Notes under the pieces: generated by a model | Told to the model about the DNA's origin: nothing | The model's input: the letters and a program-made list of their open reading frames with translations, nothing else | The model's database searches: none | Translations under genes and position numbers: made by a program | Part shown: positions 14,587-23,109 of the stretch, piece by piece | Numbering within the stretch: position 1 is the first letter of the stretch | How the letters are laid out: every line of letters starts with the position of its first letter | DNA from: a virus | Taxonomy: Duplodnaviria > Caudoviricetes | Virus record (IMG/VR): IMGVR_UViG_3300022744_000033 | Coordinates: 1-56,030 of that record | Reading direction: 5' to 3' (one strand) | Length of the DNA: 56,030 nt

Positions 14587-16407
14587 ATGACCCACATCCC
14601 CCATCCGCCAGCTGATCGCATCCTGGACATCGAGTGCTACGTCAATTACGTATTGCTGGCGTTCCGTCGTGTGGACAACGCGACGCCCGCGCTGCGCTTT
14701 GAGGCCCGCGACGGCGCACCTTTTACGCCCGAGCAAATCGCCGAGGTCCAGCAGGTGCTGGCTGTCTCGCGCATATACACCTTCAACGGCCGGGGTTACG
14801 ACATTCCTGTCCTGACGTTCGCCATGCTGGGCTACGCGACGCACGCGCTCAAGCAGATCGGCGACCAGATCATCCAGCAGGGTATGAAATCCTGGGATCT
14901 GGAAAAGATGTACGGCATCACCATGCTGGACCTGGATCACGTCGACCTGATGGAAGTCGCGCCAGGCCAGGGGAGCCTCAAGATTTACGCCGGCCGGCTG
15001 CACTCGCGTCGCCTGCAGGACTTGCCGATCGCCCCCGAGGCTGTGACCACGGTGGAAGACCAGCGCGATCTGGCCGACTACTGCGTGAACAGCGACTGCG
15101 TGGCCACGATCGACCTGCGCAACGCCCTCGCGCCGCAGCTAGCGCTGCGTGACGCCATGAGCGCCGAATACGGGCTGGACCTGCGCAGCAAGTCCGACGC
15201 GCAGATCGCCGAGTCCGTCATCCGCAAGCAGGTCGAGGCACTGCTGGGCCGTCGCGTGTACCGCCCCGAGATTCCGCCTGGCACGCGCTTTCAGTACCGA
15301 CCGCCCGAATGGTTGCATTACGGCACGCAACACATGCGCGACGTACTCGCCAAGGTGTGCGGCGCGTGGTTCACGGTGGCATCCAATGGCAGCGTGGAGA
15401 TGCCGCCAGAACTGGACGATTACGCGGTGCCGATCGGACGTGGCGTGTACCGCATGGGGATCGGCGGATTGCACAGCAGCGAAAAGTGCGTCAGCTACGA
15501 GGCCGGTGAGGACTACCTGCTGATCGACCGCGACGTGGCCAGCTACTACCCCGCGATCATCCTGAACTGCGGCCTGTACCCGCGTCACCTTGGAACTGAG
15601 TTCCTGCAGGTCTATCGGGGCATCGTGCAGCGCCGGCTGGCCGCCAAGCGTGCGGGTGACAAGGTGACGGCCGACAGCCTCAAGATCACGATCAACGGGT
15701 CGTTCGGCAAGCTCGGTTCAATGTGGTCGGTGCTGTACTCGCCGGACCTGATGATCCAGGTGACGATTACCGGACAGCTTGCCCTGATGATGCTCATTGA
15801 GGCGTTGGAACTGTCCGGCATCCAGGTCGTCAGCGCCAACACGGACGGCATCGTCATCCGCGCTCACCGCAGCCAGTACGACCACCTGAATGCGCTCGTG
15901 GCCTGGTGGGAAGCCTGCACCGGCTTTGAGACGGAAGAATCTCGCTATCGCGCACTGTACTCGCGCGACGTGAACAACTACGTCGCGATCAAGGCCAAGG
16001 GTGGCGTCAAGACCAAGGGGGCCTTCAACACGGGCGAGGTGCCGCTGGCGAAGAACCCTGTCAACAACGTGTGCCTGGACGCCGTGGTGGCCTATCTGGA
16101 GCATGGTGTGCCCATCGAGGCGACTATCCTTGGCTGCGCCGACATCCGCAAGTTCGTCACGCTGCGCAAGGTCCAGGGCGGCGGCAAGTGGGGCGACAAG
16201 TACCTTGGCAAGACCGTGCGCTGGGTCTACTCGACGCAGGGCGCACCGATCACCTATGTCACCAGTGGCAACCGGGTTGCTCGCTCGGAAGGGGCATTCC
16301 CGGTGATGGACTTGCCGGACGCCCTGCCTGACCACCTGGACTATGGGTGGTATGCGACCGAGGCGCGGAGCATTCTGAAGGACTTGGGGGTAAACTATGT
16401 GTCATGA
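14587..16407 (+). CDS. Family B DNA polymerase with 3'-5' exonuclease
   Basis: DIECY, FNG..YD and YC..D exonuclease motifs; DVASYYP, K...NGSFGK and NTDG polymerase motifs. Confidence 0.9.
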   Translation: MTHIPHPPADRILDIECYVNYVLLAFRRVDNATPALRFEARDGAPFTPEQIAEVQQVLAVSRIYTFNGRGYDIPVLTFAMLGYATHALKQIGDQIIQQGMKSWDLEKMYGITMLDLDHVDLMEVAPGQGSLKIYAGRLHSRRLQDLPIAPEAVTTVEDQRDLADYCVNSDCVATIDLRNALAPQLALRDAMSAEYGLDLRSKSDAQIAESVIRKQVEALLGRRVYRPEIPPGTRFQYRPPEWLHYGTQHMRDVLAKVCGAWFTVASNGSVEMPPELDDYAVPIGRGVYRMGIGGLHSSEKCVSYEAGEDYLLIDRDVASYYPAIILNCGLYPRHLGTEFLQVYRGIVQRRLAAKRAGDKVTADSLKITINGSFGKLGSMWSVLYSPDLMIQVTITGQLALMMLIEALELSGIQVVSANTDGIVIRAHRSQYDHLNALVAWWEACTGFETEESRYRALYSRDVNNYVAIKAKGGVKTKGAFNTGEVPLAKNPVNNVCLDAVVAYLEHGVPIEATILGCADIRKFVTLRKVQGGGKWGDKYLGKTVRWVYSTQGAPITYVTSGNRVARSEGAFPVMDLPDALPDHLDYGWYATEARSILKDLGVNYVS

Positions 16408-16610
16408 CTCCCCTCGCCCGCCTGGCCTTTGAGGCAGAACTGGACAACCGCAAGCTCTGCCGCGTGCTTGGGGTGAGCCGTCAGCACATGAACCACTTCC
16501 ACGCGGGGCGTCCGGTGCCGGCCTACGTGCAGGCCCACATCGACACCTTGCTCCTGCTGCCCGCCGACGTGCGGGCGCGGGTCATTCTGGAGCACCTTAC
16601 ACATGACTGA
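16404..16610 (+). CDS. Small HTH protein
   Basis: NRKLCRVLGVSRQHM HTH-like pattern; ATGA-coupled to pol. Confidence 0.55.
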   Translation: MTPLARLAFEAELDNRKLCRVLGVSRQHMNHFHAGRPVPAYVQAHIDTLLLLPADVRARVILEHLTHD

Positions 16611-16809
16611 GTTCACTGTGACCGAAGACGAAGGTGAGGCGCACGTCGTCGGGTCGTACCAATGCCGCGCGGGGTGGTGCGGGGGAATCGCGTTTCCCCG
16701 GTCTTGCAAACGTTGCGGGGGTCTTCTGCACGCCGAGTTCGTGGATCAAACGTTTGACGGCCCGGAACTGGCGGTCAAGTGCGACACCTGCGGGGGAGGT
16801 GAGCGATGA
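16603..16809 (+). CDS. Small Cys-rich (Zn-ribbon) protein
   Basis: CRAGWC, CKRCG and CDTCG motifs. Confidence 0.55.
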   Translation: MTEFTVTEDEGEAHVVGSYQCRAGWCGGIAFPRSCKRCGGLLHAEFVDQTFDGPELAVKCDTCGGGER

Positions 16810-17162
16810 TCTCCCGCAAGCCTGAACCCGCGCGGGCGTGGGATCACCCCGAGCGCACCTACCGCTGGACGGACGCCGAGCTCGACTGGATCGCCAAGCG
16901 AGATGCGCAGTGGGCGGCCTGGGGCTACTCGCTGGCACCGCTGACGCCCACGCCACCCCTCAAGCGCCGGCCCGCGTACATTCGGCTGCGCATCCGCGCA
17001 AAACGTGCGTTGGAGTGGGTGCGCTTTGGGAAAATCCGCGTTGAGATGCGCAGTGCCGGTGACGGGGAGCCGTCCGAAATTGCCTTCCTCGGCCGTGGCG
17101 GAAAGCTGATCGGGTACTGGGCACAAGGCTGCTACGACCCTTCGCTTCCATACCGAGGCTGA
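16806..17162 (+). CDS. Hypothetical protein, paralog A
   Basis: Similar over its full length to 17318-17683. Confidence 0.65.
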   Translation: MISRKPEPARAWDHPERTYRWTDAELDWIAKRDAQWAAWGYSLAPLTPTPPLKRRPAYIRLRIRAKRALEWVRFGKIRVEMRSAGDGEPSEIAFLGRGGKLIGYWAQGCYDPSLPYRG

Positions 17163-17163
17163 C

Positions 17164-17337
17164 ATGACGCCGATCACCTTTCCCCCCACGGTCGGCGGCA
17201 CCGAGACGGTCGTGATGGCCGAGCACATTCAGACCGTTGAGCCCCAGCACTACTATAGGGAGCACAGCACCCTGGTGCTGGTTGGCGGTCGTCGGGTCAT
17301 CCTGGAGCACCTGAGCCGTGAACAACCGCAAGCCTGA
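17164..17337 (+). CDS. Small hypothetical protein (57 aa)
   Basis: Translated by hand (MTPITFPP...RVILEHLSREQPQA); fills the gap between the paralogs. Confidence 0.45.
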   Translation: MTPITFPPTVGGTETVVMAEHIQTVEPQHYYREHSTLVLVGGRRVILEHLSREQPQA

Positions 17338-17683
17338 GCCGGTCACCCAACGGGATCACCCCTACGCATCCTGGTCGTCGGCCGAGCTCGACTGGATCGC
17401 CAAGCGAGATGCGCAGTGGGCGGCCTGGGGCTACTCGCTGGCACCGCTGACGCCCGCACCGGAGCCCGTGCGCGAGCGCGCCGCGTGGTGGCCTATGAGT
17501 GTCCGCGTGCGCAACTGCGTCAAGCGCGCGGTGGAGTGGCTGCGCTTCGGTGACATCCGCGCCGAAACCCGTAGCGTTGACGGCGGGGTCGCGTCCGAAA
17601 TCGCGTTCATTGGACGCGGCGGGAAGACCGTAGGCTACTGGGCTTACGGGAGCTTCGACCCGTCCTTTCCATACCGGGGCTGA
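17318..17683 (+). CDS. Hypothetical protein, paralog B
   Basis: Shares AELDWIAKRDAQWAAWGYSLAPLTP and SEIAF.GRGGK..GYWA.G..DPS.PYRG with paralog A. Confidence 0.65.
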   Translation: MNNRKPEPVTQRDHPYASWSSAELDWIAKRDAQWAAWGYSLAPLTPAPEPVRERAAWWPMSVRVRNCVKRAVEWLRFGDIRAETRSVDGGVASEIAFIGRGGKTVGYWAYGSFDPSFPYRG

Positions 17684-17684
17684 A

Positions 17685-18299
17685 ATGAGCACCGACCTGC
17701 CTGACCACGGCCCCGCCATCGCCCGCATGGTGGCCCAGGGCATCACCATTCCCGATCTGGCCAGCATGTACGGCATGAGCCAGGAGGACGTGAAGGAAGC
17801 CCTGGCGCTGGTCAAGCCGATCCGGGGCAAGCAGATTCGCACGTCCGTCTACGCGCTGTGGGACGCCTTGGGCGCACTGCGCGGCACGGAAGACGCGGGC
17901 GTCAGCGCCGAGCAGATCGCCGACTACATCAGCAAGATGAAGCCCTCGCAGCTGCCCGTGGCGCTGCAGGAAGCGTTCTGGTCGGCGGCCCTCAAGCGCC
18001 AGAAGTTCGAGGCCGAGCAGGGCGACCTGTGGCGCACGGCCACGGTCATGAAGGTCATCAGCGAACTGCTGCGCGTGACCCGCCAATCCATGACCCTCAT
18101 GGTGGACAACGTGGACCAGCAGACGTCCCTGACGCCGCGCCAGCGCGAAATCATCCGGGGCATCGGCGACAGCGTGCTGGCCGACATGCGCGAGCGCGTC
18201 ATCGAGGCGTTCGAGGGCTGGGACCCGTCCGAGGACAAGGACGACGCCGACCCGTCGCGCGGCGCGGCGGCGATCGTCCCGGAGGTGCCTGAGTCGTGA
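17685..18299 (+). CDS. Terminase small subunit
   Basis: Immediately upstream of and coupled to TerL; N-terminal HTH; FWSA..KRQKFE...GDLWRT segment resembling Chi-like small terminases. Confidence 0.7.
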   Translation: MSTDLPDHGPAIARMVAQGITIPDLASMYGMSQEDVKEALALVKPIRGKQIRTSVYALWDALGALRGTEDAGVSAEQIADYISKMKPSQLPVALQEAFWSAALKRQKFEAEQGDLWRTATVMKVISELLRVTRQSMTLMVDNVDQQTSLTPRQREIIRGIGDSVLADMRERVIEAFEGWDPSEDKDDADPSRGAAAIVPEVPES

Positions 18300-20380
18300 G
18301 CATCCGCCGCCCCCGTGACGCTGCCCGCGCCGCCGCGTTCCCGTCGTTCCGCGAGATGATGCTGGAACTGGCGACCGCGTTGGAGCCGCCCGAGCGCCTG
18401 ACGCCGACCGAGGCGGCCGAGAAGTACCGCATCCTGCAGATCCCGGGCGCGTACAACGGCCCCTACCTGAGCAGCACGACGCCCTATATGCGCGAGCCGC
18501 TGGACTGCCAGGCCGACCCGTCGATCAAGGCGGTCATCTTCGTGGGCGGCGCGCAGATCGGAAAGACCGCATCGTTGGTGCTGAACGCGATCGTCTACGC
18601 CATCATGTGCGACCCGATCGACGCGATCGTCTATCAGACCAGCCAAACGGTTGCGGCGGACTTCAGTCGCACCCAGGTCGACCGCATGTTCCGTCACTCG
18701 CCCAAGATCGGCGAGCGCCTACTGCCTGGCGGCTCGGACGACACGGTGCATGCCAAATACTTCAAGTCGGGTACGGTGCTCAACTTGTCCTGGCCGACCA
18801 TCAACGAAATGTCGGGCCGCCCGCGCGGCCTCGTCATCCTGACCGACTACGACCGCATGCCGCAGGACATTGACGGCGAAGGCTCGCCGTTCGACCTGGG
18901 CATGAAGCGGACCACGACGTTCCGGTCCAAGGCCAAGACTATTGCCGAGTCGAGCCCAGGCTTCGAGGTCATCGCCGGCAGCACCTGGATTCCAAAGACG
19001 AAGCACGAGGCCCCGCCGTGCGAGGGTATCCTGAGCCTGTACAACCGGGGCGATCGACGCCGCTATTACTGGCAGTGCGACGAGTGCCGGGACTGGTTCG
19101 AGCCCACGTTTGAACTGCTGCAGTACGACGCCGACCAGGAACCCACCGCCGCCGGCCGCACCGCCGTCATGGTGTGCCCGCACTGCGGCAAGCCGCACGG
19201 CCCGGAACGGAAGTACGACCTGAACCTGGGCGGGCGCTGGGTGAAGGATGGCCAGTGGCTGGACAAGGCCGGCACCCTGCAGGGCACGCCCGTTCACAGC
19301 AACATCGCCAGCTTCTGGCTGTTCGGGGTGTGCGCGGCGTTCATGCCCTGGTCCGATCTGGTCAGCAAGTATCTGCAGGCCGAACAGGAATTCCAGCGCA
19401 CCGGGAGCCAGGAAGCCCTCAAGGCTACGGTCAACACCGACCAGGCCATGCCGTACCGGCGGCGCGGCCAGAACGTCGAGCGCCTGCCCGAAGACCTGAA
19501 GCAGCGGGCCGAGCAGTGGCCGCGCAAGACCGCGCCGGCCGACGTGCGGTTCCTCCTGGCCACGGTGGACGTCCAGGGCCGCAAGTTCGTCGTCCAGGTC
19601 CACGGCATCACGCCGGGGAGCCCGTTCGGCATCCGGCTGGTTGACCGCTACGACATCGTGCGCTCCGAGCGCCTGAACGAACACGGTGAGCGCCATGTGG
19701 TCGAGCCGGCCGCCTACGCCGAGGACTGGGACCTGCTGCGCGACGTCATCAATGCCGAATACCCCGTCGAGGGTACGGCTAGGCTCATGCGCGTGCGCAT
19801 GGTCGGTTGCGACTCGGGCGGCAAGGAAGGCGTCACGCACCGGGCCTATGAGTTCTGGACGAAGCTCCGCAACGAGGGCGACGGGCTGCACAACCGGTTC
19901 CAGCTGGTCAAGGGGGGCACTGAGCCCCGCGACCCGCGCGCCCGCATCACCTACCCGGACTCAACCCGCAAGGACAAGAACACCGGACTGCGGGGCAACG
20001 TGCCCGTGCTGATGTTCAACCCCAATTTGCTGAAGGACCAACTGGACGCACTGCTGAACCGGGTCGGCGCGGTGACGTGGCCCGAGTGGCTACCTGACGA
20101 GTTCTTCGCGGAACTGTGCGTCGAGGTGCGGACGATCAAGGGGTGGGTGAACTCGGCCCGCAAACGCAATGAGGCCTGGGACCTACTCTATTACTGCGTC
20201 GGCCTGTGCGTGTGGTCGCAGATCGAGCACATCAACTGGGAACAGCCGCCCGGGTGGGCGCGGCCGGCGGCGGACAACGACCTGTGCCGCGACGTGCAGG
20301 AAGCGTCTAAACTCGCCCCAGTACAGCCCAAACGCGGGGGGCTGACGATGGCTGAAATGGCCCGCGCCCTTGCAGGATGA
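18296..20380 (+). CDS. Terminase large subunit (lambda GpA family)
   Basis: TPYMREP, AQIGKT Walker A, DYDR, ESSP, CDEC/CPHC Zn finger, TVDVQ, CDSGG, RNEAWDLLYY. Confidence 0.92.
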   Translation: MSIRRPRDAARAAAFPSFREMMLELATALEPPERLTPTEAAEKYRILQIPGAYNGPYLSSTTPYMREPLDCQADPSIKAVIFVGGAQIGKTASLVLNAIVYAIMCDPIDAIVYQTSQTVAADFSRTQVDRMFRHSPKIGERLLPGGSDDTVHAKYFKSGTVLNLSWPTINEMSGRPRGLVILTDYDRMPQDIDGEGSPFDLGMKRTTTFRSKAKTIAESSPGFEVIAGSTWIPKTKHEAPPCEGILSLYNRGDRRRYYWQCDECRDWFEPTFELLQYDADQEPTAAGRTAVMVCPHCGKPHGPERKYDLNLGGRWVKDGQWLDKAGTLQGTPVHSNIASFWLFGVCAAFMPWSDLVSKYLQAEQEFQRTGSQEALKATVNTDQAMPYRRRGQNVERLPEDLKQRAEQWPRKTAPADVRFLLATVDVQGRKFVVQVHGITPGSPFGIRLVDRYDIVRSERLNEHGERHVVEPAAYAEDWDLLRDVINAEYPVEGTARLMRVRMVGCDSGGKEGVTHRAYEFWTKLRNEGDGLHNRFQLVKGGTEPRDPRARITYPDSTRKDKNTGLRGNVPVLMFNPNLLKDQLDALLNRVGAVTWPEWLPDEFFAELCVEVRTIKGWVNSARKRNEAWDLLYYCVGLCVWSQIEHINWEQPPGWARPAADNDLCRDVQEASKLAPVQPKRGGLTMAEMARALAG

Positions 20381-20384
20381 CCCC

Positions 20385-20633
20385 ATGACCACCCTCATCA
20401 CCAAGCTGTCCGAGCGCAGCACCTGGACCGGCCTTGGCAAAGTGCTGCTGTCGGCGGGCGTCCTGTACGCCGGCCAGACCGCATGCGGCGCGCAGCCCGG
20501 CGTGGACGTGTCGAGCATCACGCTCGGCCAGATCGCCGGCCACCTGGGCATGACCGATGCGCTCGGCGCGCTCGGCCTGCTGCTGGGCGGCTACGACATG
20601 GCCCGGAAGGAGGCTCCCCGTGCTGCACCTTGA
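20385..20633 (+). CDS. Putative holin-like membrane protein
   Basis: KLSERSTW.G motif plus hydrophobic segments; first gene of the lysis cassette. Confidence 0.5.
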   Translation: MTTLITKLSERSTWTGLGKVLLSAGVLYAGQTACGAQPGVDVSSITLGQIAGHLGMTDALGALGLLLGGYDMARKEAPRAAP

Positions 20634-21039
20634 CCTGAGCATCACCCTCGTGTGGCTGGACCTGCTGTGGATCTTCCCGGCGGCCAGCGTCATCATGTGG
20701 GTCGGCTACCTCGCCCTCACGAACCTGGAGCGCGTGCGCGTGGCCCAGGGCCTCACCAAGCCGCAGCGGGCGCTGGCCGGCGTGCTGCTGCTGATCTTCG
20801 GCACGCTGGACGTGCTGCTGAACTGGACGTTCTGTGTGCTGCTGTTCCTGGAGCTGCCGCAGGAGGCCACCGTCAGCCGCCGCTGCACTCGGCACTTCAA
20901 GGATGACGGCTGGCGCGGTGACGTCGCCCGCTGGCTGGGCCGGCATGCCCTGGACCCGTTCGACCACCGCGGCGCTCACATCCAGGCGGACGTGATTGCT
21001 GCCTACTACCGCGCCCGACAGGAGGTCCGCCATGTCTGA
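20620..21039 (+). CDS. Membrane protein in the lysis cassette
   Basis: Two to three hydrophobic helices; DVLLN...ATVSRR segment. Confidence 0.55.
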   Translation: MLHLDLSITLVWLDLLWIFPAASVIMWVGYLALTNLERVRVAQGLTKPQRALAGVLLLIFGTLDVLLNWTFCVLLFLELPQEATVSRRCTRHFKDDGWRGDVARWLGRHALDPFDHRGAHIQADVIAAYYRARQEVRHV

Positions 21040-21985
21040 CCTGCAACGACTGTTCCGCCTGCTGCGCAAGGATCTGCTGCGCTGGCTCCTGCTGTCCCTG
21101 GTGGCCGGCGGGGTGCTGGCCGCGTCCGCGCCTCTCGCCCTGGCCTTCGACCAGCCCGCCATCGGCTGGTTCGGCATGGTGACCGCCGGTTCGCTGTTCG
21201 GCGGCGGGTTCATCCCGGTAATGCGCCGGCTGCTGTTCGACTACATCGACTTGCGCCAGGTCTACGAGGCTTCGATGATCCGCGACCCGGGCCGGGTGTT
21301 CCTTGGCGTGTGCGTGGTCATTGCGGCCTTGGTGCTGGCGCTGGCCGGCGGCAAGGCCCAGGCGAACGTGCCGGCCCAGGCCCTGCAGGTGCTGCCCGTG
21401 CTCGGGGCCGAGGTGAGCCAGCACTGGCCGGACGCCCCGGACTGGGCGCTGTTCGCCGGCCAGATCGAGAAGGAATCGTGCATCACGCTGAAGCACAGCA
21501 AGTGCTGGAACCCGCGCGCCGAGTTGCGCACCAGCCGTGAGCAGGGCGTCGGCCTGGGCCAGATCACGCGCACGGCCCGCTTCGACGCGCTGGCCGAGAT
21601 GGTCCAGCAGTTCCCGCGCGAGCTTGCCGGCTGGTCCTGGGACTCGCCGACCCTCTACGACCCCGCGTTCCAGGTGCGCGCCCTGCTGCTGATGGACCGC
21701 CGCAACCACCGCCAACTGACCGACGTGCTTGAGCCCGACCGCATGGACATGGCCCTGGCCGCGTACAACGGCGGCATGGGCGGCCTGATCGGTGAGCGCC
21801 AACTGTGCCGGTCGACGCGCGGGTGCGACCCGAACCGCTGGGCGGGGCACGTCGAGAACACCAGCATGAAGCGCCGCACGCCGTTCCCGGGGTACTCGGT
21901 CAGCCCCTTCGCCATCAATCGCGCCTACAGCCCCGGCGTGCGCGCTCGCGCCGAGAAGTACCGGCCGCTGTTCGGGGGCGCGTGA
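21032..21985 (+). CDS. SLT-type lytic transglycosylase (endolysin) with a multi-TM N-terminus
   Basis: QIEKES catalytic Glu, GLGQIT and ALAAYNGG motifs; ~110-aa hydrophobic N-terminal region ending AQA. Confidence 0.8.
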   Translation: MSDLQRLFRLLRKDLLRWLLLSLVAGGVLAASAPLALAFDQPAIGWFGMVTAGSLFGGGFIPVMRRLLFDYIDLRQVYEASMIRDPGRVFLGVCVVIAALVLALAGGKAQANVPAQALQVLPVLGAEVSQHWPDAPDWALFAGQIEKESCITLKHSKCWNPRAELRTSREQGVGLGQITRTARFDALAEMVQQFPRELAGWSWDSPTLYDPAFQVRALLLMDRRNHRQLTDVLEPDRMDMALAAYNGGMGGLIGERQLCRSTRGCDPNRWAGHVENTSMKRRTPFPGYSVSPFAINRAYSPGVRARAEKYRPLFGGA

Positions 21986-22353
21986 TGGGGCTGCTTTCAC
22001 CAATCTTGCGCAACGCAGAAGGCAACCGTTTGACTTGGTGGTGCCCAGGCTGTGACGGCCCGCACCAGATCGCCCACGGCGCCGGCAACGGACCGCGCTG
22101 GGGATGGAACGGCAGCGCCGACCGGCCGACCTTCACGCCGTCAGTGCTGGTGCGTGGGCACGGCTTGACACCGGCCGGCCAAGCCGAAGCTGATGCGTGG
22201 TTCAAGGCCGGCAAGCCGTCGCCGGTCCCAAGGTTTGAGTCAGCGCCGACGGTCTGCCACAGCTTCGTGGTGGACGGTCAGATGCAGTTTCTGACCGACT
22301 GCACGCACGCACTGGCCGGGCAGACCGTGCCGATCCCCAACTGGGACGACTGA
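21985..22353 (+). CDS. Cys/His-rich protein (DUF6527-like), function unknown
   Basis: CPGC...H...WNG...PTFTPS...CHSFV.DG...FL.DC.H pattern. Confidence 0.65.
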   Translation: MGLLSPILRNAEGNRLTWWCPGCDGPHQIAHGAGNGPRWGWNGSADRPTFTPSVLVRGHGLTPAGQAEADAWFKAGKPSPVPRFESAPTVCHSFVVDGQMQFLTDCTHALAGQTVPIPNWDD

Positions 22354-22354
22354 C

Positions 22355-22873
22355 GTGGGGGCCATCCTCGCCGTCATCCCCAAGTCCGCCCTGGCGCTGG
22401 CCGTGGCGGTGCTGGCCGCCCTGCTGATGGCTCAGACTTTCGTGGCCCAGCGCAACGCCGGCCGGCTGGCCGATGAGCGCGCCGCCCGCGCGACCGAGCG
22501 TGCCCAGGCCACCGCCGCAGCGGCCAGCGCCGCCGAGGCCGAGCGGGCGCGTGAACAGGGCTGGACCGAGCGGTACGGCCAGATCCAGGAGGCATACAAC
22601 CATGTGGCCCAAGAATTGCTTGCTCATCGCGCTGCTGCCGATGTTGCTGCTGTCGGCCTGCGGGACGCTGCCCGTGGCCTCGCCGCCCGTGGCCGTGCGG
22701 CCTGCCCGCGTGCCTCCGCTGCCCCAGGCAGCGCGCCAGCCCCCGATGCCCTCGATTTGCTCGCCGACGTGCTTGGAAGGGTTGACGCGCGAGCGGGGGA
22801 GTTGGCAGCAGCTGCTGACGCAGCCCGAGCCGCTGGCCTCGCCTGCGAGCGCGCCCACGAAGCCCTGAGGTAG
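22355..22873 (+). CDS. Rz-like inner-membrane spanin
   Basis: N-terminal TM helix, Ala-rich coiled coil, C-terminal AGLACER. Confidence 0.75.
   Translation: MGAILAVIPKSALALAVAVLAALLMAQTFVAQRNAGRLADERAARATERAQATAAAASAAEAERAREQGWTERYGQIQEAYNHVAQELLAHRAAADVAAVGLRDAARGLAARGRAACPRASAAPGSAPAPDALDLLADVLGRVDARAGELAAAADAARAAGLACERAHEALR
22602..22868 (+). CDS. Rz1-like outer-membrane lipoprotein spanin embedded in Rz
   Basis: Lipobox LLLSAC; Pro-rich mature part; fully nested in the +1 frame. Confidence 0.75.
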   Translation: MWPKNCLLIALLPMLLLSACGTLPVASPPVAVRPARVPPLPQAARQPPMPSICSPTCLEGLTRERGSWQQLLTQPEPLASPASAPTKP

Positions 22874-22884
22874 ACTCGCGCGCT

Positions 22885-23109
22885 ATGGCTACCACCCTCC
22901 CGACCGCCGCTCAACGCCTCGTTGAAGCCGAGATGGCCTACCACCGCCTGATGATCGGTCAGTCGGCGGTCGAGGTGCGCGACCAGAACAACGAGGCCGT
23001 GGTCTACAGCCGCGCCGACGCGACCCGGCTCAAGGCGTACATCGAGGCGCTGCGCCTGGAGATTGCCGGCACGCCTGGCACTCGCGGCCCGATGGGGGTG
23101 TGGCTGTGA
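22885..23109 (+). CDS. Head-tail joining protein (gpW-like)
   Basis: AYHRLMIG..V.V....VVYSRAD...LKAYI..L; directly before the portal. Confidence 0.8.
   Translation: MATTLPTAAQRLVEAEMAYHRLMIGQSAVEVRDQNNEAVVYSRADATRLKAYIEALRLEIAGTPGTRGPMGVWL

Noticed and set aside
16875-17455. Diversity-generating retroelement template/variable repeat pair
   Set aside because: The 75-bp copies are identical with no adenine-specific mismatches, and no reverse transcriptase is encoded.
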